Below, piece by piece: positions 1 through 11,037 of a stretch of DNA of 64,000 bases. The stretch is from Octopus bimaculoides (lineage: Eukaryota). How positions within the stretch are numbered: position 1 is the stretch's first letter; every line of letters starts with the position of its first letter. The stretch lies in NCBI RefSeq assembly GCF_001194135.2, contig NC_068988.1:29489168-29553167 (forward strand). The letters run 5' to 3'. The notes under the pieces were generated by a model. That model was not told the DNA's origin, ran no database searches, and saw only the letters and a program-made list of their open reading frames with translations. The translations under genes were made by a program, and so were the position numbers.

Positions 1-285
1 CTGAAGCATCCACAGATAAAGAAAGCGGAGCATCAGGAGCGGGATGTGCAAGAACAGGAACGGATGATAACTCCTGTTTCACAGACTCAAAAGCAGATAA
101 CGCCTCATCAGTAAGAGTGAGTCCAGCATCCTTCTTAGAATGGCCTTGCAGTAGCCTCGTTAAAGGAAGTAGTTTGTCTGCACACCGGTCAATGAATCTT
201 CTGTAAAAATTGACCATACCTAAAAAATGGACGTTTTGGCTCGACGGAGATCAGTCAACGAAGAGACTGAGAAAAGGCACCAAAG
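1..285 (-). mobile_element. Ty3/Gypsy LTR retrotransposon pol fragment (RT C-terminus to RNase H start), frameshifted
   Basis: Manual minus-strand translation gives TDLRR then (after a ~14-nt insertion that shifts the frame) FLGMVNFYRRFIDRCADKLLPLTRLLQGHSKKDAGLTLTDEALSAFESVKQELSSVPVLAHPAPDAPLSLSVDAS, the typical Gypsy RT-RNaseH junction. It runs off the window start. Confidence 0.9.
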
Positions 286-300
286 CTGGGTGTCGAACTC

Positions 301-360
301 TACGCATGCGCATGAGACTCTTCCTGTATTCCTTCCGGAACTAGTCCTTGCGCATGCGTG
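301..360. promoter_or_regulatory. Inverted pair of NRF1-type motifs flanking an ETS-like TTCCGGAA
   Basis: TACGCATGCGCA (301-312) and TGCGCATGCGTG (349-360) are 11/12 inverted copies; palindrome TTCCGGAA at 333-340. Function is not shown. Confidence 0.35.
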
Positions 361-424
361 GATAAAACTTCGGACATTGAACATATGACAGTCGTCTGCT
401 ATAAGATGTCCCTATAGTTTTTAT

Positions 425-505
425 GGCTCTGTGCCCTTCCTAATACCAACCACTTTGTAGAGGGGACTGGGTGCTTTTTACATGGAACCATGACTGGTGA
501 GGTCT
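425..505 (-). mobile_element. Fragment of RTE 3'-end repeat (family R)
   Basis: gcccttcctaataccaaccac...gggtgctttttacatgg matches other copies in the window. Confidence 0.7.
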
Positions 506-559
506 GCAACCACCAAATCCTAGAAATATTTTATTCTCATCAGAGCTTTTAATTACTGC

Positions 560-1330
560 CATCTTAACAATTATCTTCCAAGATCTGCTGATTTCTATGT
601 TTTTATGTATTCAATTACTCTATTCATTGACTTTCATTCAGTCTCTAGAAACATCTCTGCTGGATTTCCTCTCTTTATTTCTTTACACTTTTTCTCTTTC
701 AATCTCTCCTAATTACATTTCTATTTCAATTTCTTCCCATATCTTTACATTATTCCAATGCCAAAATATATGATTGTCCCTTAGAAAAACTATCTCTTAC
801 AAGATAAATCCTTCTTTCTATTTTTAAAATCCAAATAAACATTTAAAAGTACATTCAGGAAGTTAGCCCTCATAAATGTATTGTCAGCCTTCACATTTCT
901 CACCTCTTAGCTGTAATGTTTGACCTTGCTGTTTTGTTTACCTTCTAAATTCACTGACACTAATCTTTGCTTTGAGAAGGGAGAAATATTTATTTCTTAG
1001 CAAGGACAAGTTTTGTATTCACAACCATTCTACAACTTAGCCTCCCCTGACTGGTACAAAACCAGTTTGTTGATTGGCTTTTGGAAGTTTATGTTATAAA
1101 TAACAAATACTCTTCATAAAACTGCAGCCTTCACTCTGTATCCTTTGTGTTATGGTCATAGATTCTGTTTATTCCAGTACAATTAAAATCGTCTGTTACA
1201 GAAATGATGTCTCCTGGCACCTTCCATTGTAATAAATTTCACTAGAGCCTTATGATAACAGTCCTTCTATCCAGCTTTTTATCTGACATTTTGTGATTAT
1301 GTATAGATTATATGGGAATCATGTAAGCAA
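560..1330 (-). mobile_element. Decayed RTE LINE APE endonuclease and linker
   Basis: Minus-strand pieces DIISVTDDFNC, FVIYNINFQKPINKLVLYQSGEAK and WHWNNVK resemble RTE motifs (GDFN; NTxFxK..LITYxSG; WWWN); many stops and frameshifts. Confidence 0.55.
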
Positions 1331-1744
1331 TCCCAACATTATAATTTTATCTATCTCTTCGACTAGAGCAATTATATTATCTCTCCACTTCTCAAACCAC
1401 ACTTATTGTCAGAAAGGTAGAGTTATTATAAGAAAGAACATATAGTTGCTTGTCTGTGGTTGATATAGCTGATGGGTCCATACATATTGAGTAAGTGACA
1501 CCTGGGTTAGCCCTTGAATTTGCTAGTGCTCCACCTCCTATACAGTTTATACAACAGACTGAAAAGTGCCGCCTCCATATAAAAGCCACCCAGGGTGGAC
1601 ACCCTTCCCTCCCAGCCACTATATATATTAAATCATGTATGTTATGACATTTCTTCCATTTCTTGGACTCAACTTTTCTATGTTCTTACATTAGTACAAG
1701 CTAATTAAAACTGATTTGCTAAGAAGCGTTAAGGTACTTGATGA

Positions 1745-1986
1745 CCCTGTCAGTACTCGTGCCACATAAAAAGCACCAGTGCTGGTGCCACATAAAAAGT
1801 ACTGGTGCTGGTGACATATAAAAAGTACCTCATACATTCTGTAAATTGGTTGGCATTAGGAAGGACATCCAGCTGTAGAAACCAAGCCAATACAGACAAT
1901 GAAACCTGATGTGGCTCCTGGTTTGTCAACTTCTGTCAAACCATCCAGCTCATGCCAGCATGGAAAGTGGATGTTAGATGATGATC
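1745..1986 (+). mobile_element. RTE 3'-end repeat (family R)
   Basis: Three short gtgccacataaaaag units, then ttggcattaggaaggacatccagctgtagaaac...ccatgccagcatggaaa and a (GAT)n tail. Confidence 0.85.
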
Positions 1987-2894
1987 TAGCTAATTGCTTG
2001 TATTATAGTATTTTTGTTTGTTTTAATATTCTTTATTAATCAGTTGTAATTTTCCCCAGTATATTTCACTTCTATTAAATTAAAATTAAAATTAATTTTT
2101 CTATAGTTCAGAGCTGTTAATAAACCTTATATATATATATATATATGATATGTATATAATTATACATCGTCAAAGAAATCATACTTTATTAGTTTCATTA
2201 TATAGAATTTATCTCTATCTTATCTTACTTGAAATTATTCGAATTAAATCAACTAATCAAAGTGTATCCATTTTGATCAGTGGATAGTAGTTAAATAGTA
2301 TAAGAAAAAATAATTAATGTGATAGTAATAATAGTAATTATGGCAAGGCTTCGAGAAATAAGGCTTGGGTTCTCACTTTTTGTTGACTTGCACACTGGCT
2401 TTTGACATCTGCTTCAATGCAAGTTGTTTAAAATATAAATGGTCATTGCATATTCATTTAATCATCCCAATGTTTTTAGGTTAATTTCAATTTCATTGTT
2501 TTCTATTAATCATTTTAATCATTATGACATCTCTTACAAAGTGTTATCAAGAATTAAAATCTGGCAGATTCTCATATCTAGAGATTTTTGTTTACAATGC
2601 TTGATAATTAATTGTGCTTACCAAATGGCTCAGCATTTCAGTTCTATTAAATAGAAATAAGCATTTTTATCTGCTGAATCAGGATTAGGAAATGTTGGAA
2701 CGTGCTATCTAAAATGTTTACACATTAGTTGCTTTACAATCAATATCAAGTGTTACGTTTTTCTTCTCTTGATAAAAAAAAATTAGTCAGCAGAAGTCAG
2801 AGGAAATTCCCAACCATTGCAATCTTTTTCAGATTGTTGAAGTCAATGCGGTTGATATTCAGGTTGAATTTTTTGTACGAAGCCAAAACAGACA

Positions 2895-2996
2895 CGAGCC
2901 TGAAGCAGCTCTTCAGCTTACCATCTCCAGTCAAACCTTCTAACCCATGCCAGTATGGAAAACGAACTTTAAATGGCAATGATGATGATGATGATA
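2895..2996 (+). mobile_element. Short family R 3' end
   Basis: ccagtcaaacc...aacccatgccagtatggaaaacg followed by (GAT)n. Confidence 0.8.
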
Positions 2997-3149
2997 ATGA
3001 CAGTTTCACTCAAGGTCAATGACATTATTTTCCCAATAATTTTGAAGACTGAGAGATGACAAGATGTGTGATACAGGAGAGCAAATCTTCAATAATTTTG
3101 ACCGTGCAGAATATGTATTACTGATCACTGAGAAAGTTAAAGATAACTG

Positions 3150-3255
3150 GTTTCAAATTTTGGCACAAGGCCAGCAATTTCGGGGAAGGGGTTAAGTTGG
3201 TTACATCAACCCCAGTGCACAATTGGTACTTATTTTATCGACCCCGAAAAGCTAC
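3150..3255 (-). mobile_element. tRNA-derived SINE family B, 3' part
   Basis: aaattttggcacaaggccagcaatt...ggtacttattttatcgacccc is the reverse complement of the family B tail. Confidence 0.8.
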
Positions 3256-3515
3256 AAATGTTTTCATCCGAGTAATGCCCCTACTAACTTTTTAAGCATA
3301 TATGAAATTGATTTTAATCATTGCTGCTTTCATGTTTTTGTTTAGCTTCAGATCAGTTCTTATAATCAAAGACAGTTCAGCCATGACGATCTTGTTTATT
3401 AAGAGGTTTGTGGGACTAGTGTATCTAATATGTCCTGTGCTTACTCAAGATGGTAGGATATGATGCAAGGGTGTTCGACTGTTGTTTTTAGCCTGTTGAA
3501 TGACCATATAGATAC

Positions 3516-3737
3516 CTACATTCTCTCAGTCGGCCATCCACTCTCTCTTTCTTTGGCTCATGCAACCATTTAGAGGCTTCCTCAGTGACTACATAGAGAC
3601 TCCCTTGTTGGCTTGTCTCTTTTATTTGATAATTATGTTGGCTATCTCCTGTTAGATTTTTCCATAAACCAGAATTGTTTCTTTTTGATGTGGGAATCAG
3701 TAGCAGGAGGAGGACATGTTTGAATATGATTACAAAG
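3516..3737 (-). CDS. Candidate internal coding exon, product unknown
   Basis: Acceptor tttgtttttgaatag and donor AG/GTATCT; 222-nt phase-symmetric open frame SFVIIFKHVLLLLLIPTSKRNNSGLWKNL...DGRLRECR. No family recognised. Confidence 0.3.
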
Positions 3738-4486
3738 CTATTCAAAAACAAACATTGTTTTTGTTTTTTTATATAAGACAATTTCGCCAAACAAATGTCA
3801 GCCTCAATATATTTTGTAAACAGTGAAAGTGAATATTTTTAAAATGGTGATAGGGAAATTCCTTTCTTTCTTGTTAATATTTTGTTTCTATTTATTTATG
3901 TTTTGTTTTCTAATATGTTTAAATCCGGTTAGACATAGTTTAATATTGACTCAGTAACCATTTTGCATAATATTATACTCTCTTTACATTGAATATTATC
4001 ATTACAATTAGTTCAATGCTGTTAGGAATTTATTGATTATTTATTTTGTCATGGATTTGTGATCTTAAAGAATTACAAATATTTGTGAACTTATTCCATA
4101 ATTCATTATACTATTACAAATTCTTTGATGCACAGCAAATATTTTGTTTCCATATTTGGCGAATATCTGTGATTGATTTTTAACAATTGCTTGAATATTT
4201 TTGAAATGTATTCAAAGCCAACTTATAACTAAATATTTATTTTATATCTCAATACCTTTTATTTGTTTCACTCATTAATTCATTTCTACTTTACTTTACT
4301 TTTTTCTTTTGACATTTTTGTAAATTAAGACAAATATTTTCTCCAAGAACTTCAAATTTCATTTTATAATTTACAACTGATTATAATCTTTCTGACCTTA
4401 AATGATTAGTTTCATTTTAACAATACTAAAATATTTCACCCCTTGTTGGCAAAATACAACTTTAAATAAGTATCAATATCGTGAGT

Positions 4487-4926
4487 ATCATCATCATCAT
4501 CATCATCATCACCATCATTTAACGTCCACATTCCATGCTGGCATGGGTTGGACAGTTTGACTGGGGACTGGCAAGCCAGGAGGCCGCACCAGGCTCCAAT
4601 CTGATCTGGCAATGTTTCTACAGCTGGATCCCCTTCCTAACACCAACCACTCCGAGAGTGAAGTGGGTGCCTTTATGTGCCACCGGCACAGGAGCCAGTC
4701 AGGTGGCACTGGCATCGGCTACGCTCAGATGGTGCTTTTTACATGCTACCAGCACAGGAGCCAGTTGGGCCATGGAGGCTGGCATCGACCACATTCGGAT
4801 GGTGCTTTTTACATGTCACTGGCATGGGGAGCCAGTTGGGTGGCACTGGCAATGACTCATCCATGCATGGTGCTTATTGCATGCCACCAGCACAGGAATC
4901 AGTCAGGCTGCACTGGCATTGGCCAC
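4487..4926 (-). mobile_element. Family R 3' end with four tandem ~65-nt units
   Basis: (ATC)n at 4487-4518, terminal catgctggcatgg stem, four copies of gccagtgccacc..actggctcc..ggtggcac..aaaaagcacc. Confidence 0.9.
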
Positions 4927-4949
4927 AACTACAATTTCCATTTGATTGT

Positions 4950-5160
4950 GTGATTTCAAATTTTGGCACAAGGCCAGCAATTTTGGGGAGAGGTTAAGTC
5001 AGTTACATTGATCCCAGGGCTTCACTGGTACTTATTTTATTAACCCCAAAGGAATGAATGGCAAAGTGAGCATTGGTTGAATTTGAACTCAGAATATAGA
5101 TGGACAAAAGGCTGCAAAGCATTTTGCCTGTCGTGCTACTGATTCTGCCAGCTTGCCACC
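4950..5160 (-). mobile_element. SINE family B
   Basis: Reverse complement of the 5225-5440 copy; B-box rc tttgaactc; ends ...gattctgccagcttgccacc. Confidence 0.85.
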
Positions 5161-5224
5161 TAACCTTAACCCTAACCTCATGAATATATTAATATCAGAG
5201 TACATTCATTATAGTAGAGGTATA

Positions 5225-5440
5225 AGGCAGTGAGCTGGCAGAAATGTTAGCACACTGGGCAAAATGCTTAGTGATATTTTGTCTGTCTTTACATTTTGAG
5301 TTCAAATTCCGCCGAGGTTGATTTTGCCTTTCATCCTTTCGGGGTTGATAAATTAAGTACCATTTGCATACTGTTGTTAATCTAATCGATTGACCCCTCC
5401 CCAGATATTTTTGGTCTTGTGCCTAGAGTAGAAAAGAATA
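5225..5440 (+). mobile_element. SINE family B
   Basis: gtgagctggcagaa (A-box-like), gagttcaaattcc (B-box), gcctttcatcctttcggggttgataaattaagtacc central block, ttgtgcctagagtagaaaag tail. Confidence 0.9.
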
Positions 5441-6088
5441 TAGTAGATGTATGCTTATGTTAAGGATGTAAAGTAATAAGTAAGTTGGTTTGATGAATAA
5501 CAATAAATACAAACTGTCTTAAGAGGGCTGAGTTTTGGGAATGTAAAATATCAGAATCACAAGTTTCAGCCTTTAGCTGCAATAAAGCCAAATACATGAC
5601 CATGGTTTGTTGATAACAAGCACAAGAAATAGTATTAGTTCCCTCAACCATAATAAATAAAAGTTTAGAATATCAATAATTTAACCAGGTTGTCTTTGCA
5701 GGATTACTTTTTGTAGACATTGTTTGACATAACTTTGCACATATTATAAGATGGGAGAGAATGTCTCTGCATATTTCAAAATAATCATGAAGTTATTTGA
5801 TTTCCAATAAATAATTTCCTGCATAATAGATTAAAAATATTTCCTCATAAATCTCCATGTGGTTAGAATATTGAGTATGAATTGAAGTCTGTAAAATTTC
5901 CAAACTTATTGGATTATTTACAGCCATACAGCTGGTCACCACTAGTCCTGATCTTTCATCCTCTTTTATGTAAAGTCCAGCAATCTTGAAATTTGGCTCA
6001 CCATTTTTTCCATGACATCTTAATCTGCAGATATTCTCCATTGATGGCATTGACACATTTTCCCCCCAATAATAATAATCCATTCACC

Positions 6089-6452
6089 ACGATGGCACCT
6101 GTGCCCAGCGTCGCCTTCCTGGCACTTGTGCTGGTGGCACGTGTAAGACGTTCGAGCGAGATCGTTGCCAGTGCTACTGGACTGGCTCCTGTGCAGGTGG
6201 CATGTAAAAAACACCATTTTGAGCTTGGCCATTGCTAGTACCGCCTGGCTGGCCTTCATGCCGTTGGCACGTAAAAGCACCCACTACACCCTCGGAGTGG
6301 TTGGCATTAGAAAGGGCATCCAGCTGTAGAAACTCTACCAAATCAGATTAGAGCCTGGTGTAGCCATCTGGTTCACCAGTCCTCAGTGAAACTGTCCAAC
6401 CCATGCTAGCATGGAAAACGGACGTTAAACGATGATGATGATGATGATGATG
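6089..6452 (+). mobile_element. Family R 3' end with ~3 tandem units
   Basis: Near-intact copy ending catgctagcatggaaaacggacgttaaac(GAT)n. Confidence 0.9.
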
Positions 6453-7548
6453 TTGATCACATGTTCACAACAACATGCACAATAAATAATTTACCATGTT
6501 GATAGTGCAAAATACTATCATACAATATCGAACTGTTAGATAACAAATAATGTTTAATTGCTAATAATGCATCCTAAACCATCATTTTCATTATTGTTTC
6601 AATGAGTTAGTTTTACTAGTTATATTTTTATTGTTCTAACTTAAAACTCTTTAAGACAGCCATATCCTCTATCAGTATGGAGTTAATATAATAATTATCA
6701 GTAAAATGTTAATTTTGAGTTGTCTATTTTTTCAATTAGCTACACTCTTTCCTCTCACAGAAAGGGTGCCAAAGCAAAACCACTTATGTTGTTGCTGCTG
6801 TTAGTCCTGAATCATGTAGACATCTGATCAAAGACATTTTATCCATGATCTTCCCCTCTTTTTCTATATACATTTCCCAATGTATCTATCCTTTTTAAAG
6901 ATGATGTTGGCTCTTGTTTCTAGCTGGGCAACTGTGCTCAAAGGGCTAAAGTAAAGTGAGTGCACTAAATTATTTATGGGGTTTGATTTGGTGTTTCACT
7001 TCACTGATTTTAAGTCCTGTCAAAGATGAGATGTTGTTTATTTATTTAGTTTGAAGTTGATCTTTAAGTATTAATTTCATACTCAATTCCAATGCTCCTG
7101 ATCTATTAGAAAGAGCAAGTAAGATCTGAATCTCACTATCTTTAGGACTTTAAATAGTATAAATTAAATTAGTCAAGACTGGGAATCAGAAGCCAAATTA
7201 GAATATTAGAATATCAACATATGTACCTCAGAAGATAGTAATTTTGCAGATCAGATGTATTTCTATATAAACTGAGCTAACTGATCTATATTGTAATGGA
7301 AATAGTTATGAACTCCCATCTGCTCTGAAAGCTGGTATTGCTTTTTTCAACTCAACCATTTTACCATTTAACCACACACCGGTTCTGATAAATTTCTTTA
7401 TGGACATTTCCACTCACTCTTCTGAATGTGAGTAGTGATGCAGTTCCACTACAACAAGAAGCTGCTTGTTCCCACCTCTCATAATTTAAGTCCACATTTT
7501 CTAACATAAAGCTTCCCCCACCATCTTGGGTTTTGTAGCCTTGCAAGC

Positions 7549-7672
7549 TCACTAGTACCAGTGGCATGAATAAAAACATCTAATACATGGATATGAAGTG
7601 GTTGGCATTATGAAGGACATCCAACCATAGAAATCAGGACAAAGCAAACACTGTCCAACTCATGCTAGCATG

Positions 7673-7704
<32 letters not shown>

Positions 7705-7868
7705 CTTAATCCATTTTTCATGCTGGCATGGGTTGGACGGTTTGACAGGGGCTGGTTAGGCAGAAGATTGCACCAGGCTTCACTGTCTGTTTTGGCTGGG
7801 ATTTTACAGCTGGATGCCCTTCCTAACACCAACCACCTTATAGAGTGAACTAAGTGCTTTTTACATGG
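7549..7868. mobile_element. Two family R ends tail-to-tail around an (ATC)n tract
   Basis: Plus copy 7549-7672 and minus copy ~7675-7868 both contain the ggttggcattaggaagggcatcc core and terminal stem. Confidence 0.8.
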
Positions 7869-8289
7869 ATATTATATGACAATGATATGTGGAGTCCTCA
7901 AATTTCACTTCATTTATATTTTTGGTCATGCATTTGAGTTGAAAACATCACTAATTAACTTTTCCATTTATTCTGCAATGATATCAGTTTTAGTGTAATT
8001 CTGACATAGAAGAATTTGCTATATGTACGTGTCAGATAAAGAAAAAGGCATTAACTTTCAATAAATTATATTTATTTGTTTCCACTATCTTTGCTTTACT
8101 ATTAATAATGTAATAGTGTTTAAACCAGTAGCTGTTTTGACATTGTGGCCTGTGCACCTTGTGTGTGGAAAGGCTTTCTTAGGTGTGGCTTGAGAACACA
8201 ACCAATATTTTATAACTTATCAAATTTAAATCCATATGCAACAAACATCAAATGCAAAATTTAAGTGAAGATATTTTTCATTTATTATT

Positions 8290-8450
8290 TCCAGCTTACG
8301 TTTTGAGTTCAAATCTTGCCGAAGTTGACTTTGCCTTTCATCCTTTCAGGGGCAATAAAATAAGTACCAGTCAAGCACTGGGGTGGGGGTGGGGTCAATG
8401 ACTTCACCATCCCTTCAAAGCCATGTGTCAGAATTTGAAACCATTATTAT
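8290..8450 (+). mobile_element. SINE family B (5'-truncated)
   Basis: gagttcaaatcttgccgaagttgactttgcctttcatcctttc...aagtaccag. Confidence 0.8.
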
Positions 8451-9299
8451 GATTGTTATAAATATTTTGTGTTGTATCATCGAAAAAATAAATAAATAAA
8501 CGTTTTATGAATGATATTATTTAGAAATGGATTGAAGCTTTCTGTATCTGTGAAGGATGATCGATATGTGCATCAGAATATCAAGAATCGCTAATAATTC
8601 GAAAATATCGGTTTATCAGGAGTTTTCTCCCTTATATTACTTCTTGCTATTTAATGCTTGTGGAACTGTGTGTATGTGAAGCCCTGTCGCAATCGATACT
8701 AATCTTACCGTCACTGGATATTTTAATTAACATAATCATTTAGCTTTCTTAAACAATTTATTTATGTGTTATGGACAGTGTTTTAAATGTCGTAAATAGC
8801 CAAAGGTCGACTGAAATGTTCATCCTTTGTCTCCTTAATGCTCTGAAAACTGGTCTTGTGTATGTGTTGTATGAATCCTTAAAGTTCCCCAAAGAAATAA
8901 ATTTTTACTCTATTGTATAGGATATACATATAAGGCCTAACAAATAATTCCTAAATTCTAGTGAATAGTGAGATTACCGTATATGAATTTTACTTAAATA
9001 TGTATATATCATTATTCAGTTTATTTCAGAGTTTCTTGCCAATAGAGAAAGAACCGGTTTCTAACCTACATCCAAGGCTCCTTCATTGGAATTTCAATAT
9101 CAACAACAGAGTATTTTTGTTTGTTTGTATGTATGTATGTATGTATGTATGTACGTATGTATGTATGTACGTATTATGTATGTATGTGCAGATTTGTATG
9201 TTTTATGTATGTATTCTCATGCATATAGTTGCATATCTAGACATGCTCATATATGTTTATAGTGTATTTACTAAATCAATACGTTAAAATAAATAAACA

Positions 9300-9510
9300 T
9301 GAAGGAGGTTCACTAGAGGTTCACTACCTTCCAGAATGGTATGACTATATAATTATTGAGGACCTCCAAGGGTACCACAATAATTTGTTCTATCACTCGT
9401 GCTGTCTGTCCTTGCAATGCACACGCATCCTTACACTTCACACACACTGTATGAGAGACACTATTTACTGGTGACAGTCTAATCATACCTTTTCACATCA
9501 CAACAGACAA
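9300..9510 (-). mobile_element. Highly decayed RTE ORF fragment (Cys-rich segment)
   Basis: VNSVSHTVCVKCKDAC...PLEVLNNY parallels NSIxCxxC...SLxVVDNF in the 36.0-36.2 kb RTE copy. Confidence 0.3.
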
Positions 9511-9669
9511 AATTACCCAACAATTCTAGACATACAAATGCATGAACACTAGCTCCACAGGAACATGTTAAAAGTTTTATGAAGCAAGCTAATCACTATG
9601 AATGCACAAGCAACAGACAAGAATGTCATTTTATATTTTACAAGTTATTTAATGATATCTTTTAATTGT

Positions 9670-9830
9670 TTTAGCCATTAGACTGTGGCCATGATGGAGT
9701 ATTGCTTAGAAGGATTTAGTCAAATAAACAAATCAACACCGTTACTTATATATTTTTCAAAGTCTGCTACTTATTCTATTGATCTCTTTTGCTGACCCAC
9801 TAAGTTACAGGAATGTAAACAAACTAATAC
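9670..9830 (-). mobile_element. SINE family A, 3' half
   Basis: tcattagactgtggccatgatggag...ttagtcaaat...ttattctattgatctcttttgctga. Confidence 0.75.
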
Positions 9831-10510
9831 CAATTGTCAAGCAGTGGGGGAACAGATTCTCTATTCCCACACACACACGCATTCATGTATATATGTATAT
9901 ATATTTATACAATTGGCTTCCTCACAGTTTCTATCACATAAAACTAATTAATACACTTAATTTTGCCCTCTTTAAATTTTGGCTTCTGTTAGGAATCTTT
10001 GATGATTTGATAAAATGATTTTTAGAATTCATGTAAATAATATTATTTCATATAGGGAACTGACCCATGTCCATTTGGGTTAAAATTGTCATTTAGGTCT
10101 TTACTTTCAATATGATATCAAAAGTCAACCTTTGCATCAATTTAAAATGACTAGTTGCTGGATTCTCCACTTATATGGCATTATTTTAAACTTATTAGTT
10201 TTTCTCATCTCCATTACAAATACGATATTTTTCATTTTCTTTCAAGACCCAAAATAAATGTGTTATTGTAGTAGTGAGAGCTCTAAAATATTTAGAGTAT
10301 TGAACCAAAAATTTAATTAATTAAAATTAATCTTGCAATAAGGAAGAGGGTAACATTAGCTCACAGATTAATGTTAATCAAATCTGCTTAAAGTAAAGGG
10401 GTACCTCTGAAATTTTTAATTACATTTAATGAATAGACGCAAACATTAGTTCATGAACTAAAATGAATTTAATCTGATTTTTTGGTGTGTTTAGTCAACT
10501 AGCTCTTTCA

Positions 10511-10650
10511 GCTGGCATATCATTGATGAGGCTGCGAATGGTGATGAAAGGACTTTGAAAAAAACCAAGCTGATTGACTGATTCACCAAACAATTAATCA
10601 AACAATTGATGAGTTAATTGGTCAACTGATTAACCAATTGATTAATAATA
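10511..10650 (+). repeat. Unclassified dispersed repeat G (inverted partner at 27295-27430)
   Basis: ggcatatcattgatgaggctgcgaatggtgatgaaaggactttga...gttaattggtcaactgattaaccaattga aligns to the reverse complement of 27295-27430. Confidence 0.7.
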
Positions 10651-10727
10651 ATAAAAGAAATTAAATTGAACCAATGCAAGTTATTGTTATTGGCATAATG
10701 ATCTGTCCAAGGTACAATATAATATGT

Positions 10728-10850
10728 TTAACTCTTTACCATTTGAACCAGCCATATCCAGTTGAAATATTCTACCTGTTTTATGTTCAAACTGGCCTGA
10801 TCTGGTTTCTCACACCAACCCTACAATATCATTCTAAAAATTAACAGTTC
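10728..10850 (+). mobile_element. MITE-like end, family D (homologous to 44221-44338)
   Basis: tttaactctttaccatttgaaccagccatatcc...ctacaatatcattctaaaaattaaca. Confidence 0.6.
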
Positions 10851-10958
10851 TTGCCTGGTACTTCATTTTCTCAATCCCAAAACGATGAAAGGCAAAATTG
10901 AACTGGGTGAGATTTGAACTCAGCTTTTTGTCAAACCTGCTAACAATTCTGCTAGCTT
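10850..10958 (-). mobile_element. SINE family B fragment
   Basis: gatgaaaggcaaaattga...atttgaactcag...aattctgctagcttg. Confidence 0.7.
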
Positions 10959-11037
10959 GGCACCTACACGAATTCATCATCATCATCCATCATTTTGAAT
11001 CCAGGTTTTGTCCCCATTATCAGGGGTGGCCAGATCT

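Noticed and set aside
1392-1619. 75-aa minus-strand ORF
   Set aside because: No recognisable family and adjacent to RTE remnants; insufficient support for a CDS call.
4515-4997. Overlapping 66-113 aa ORFs with repeated peptides, and a CRISPR-like look
   Set aside because: They are tandem units of the RTE 3' UTR. The DNA is eukaryotic, there are no unique spacers or cas genes, and the same unit is dispersed across the window.
7200-7579. 72-aa ORF and downstream FQSRWE...LIC resembling GTF2IRD2-type hAT N-termini
   Set aside because: Only two short motif matches across frameshifts; too weak to call.
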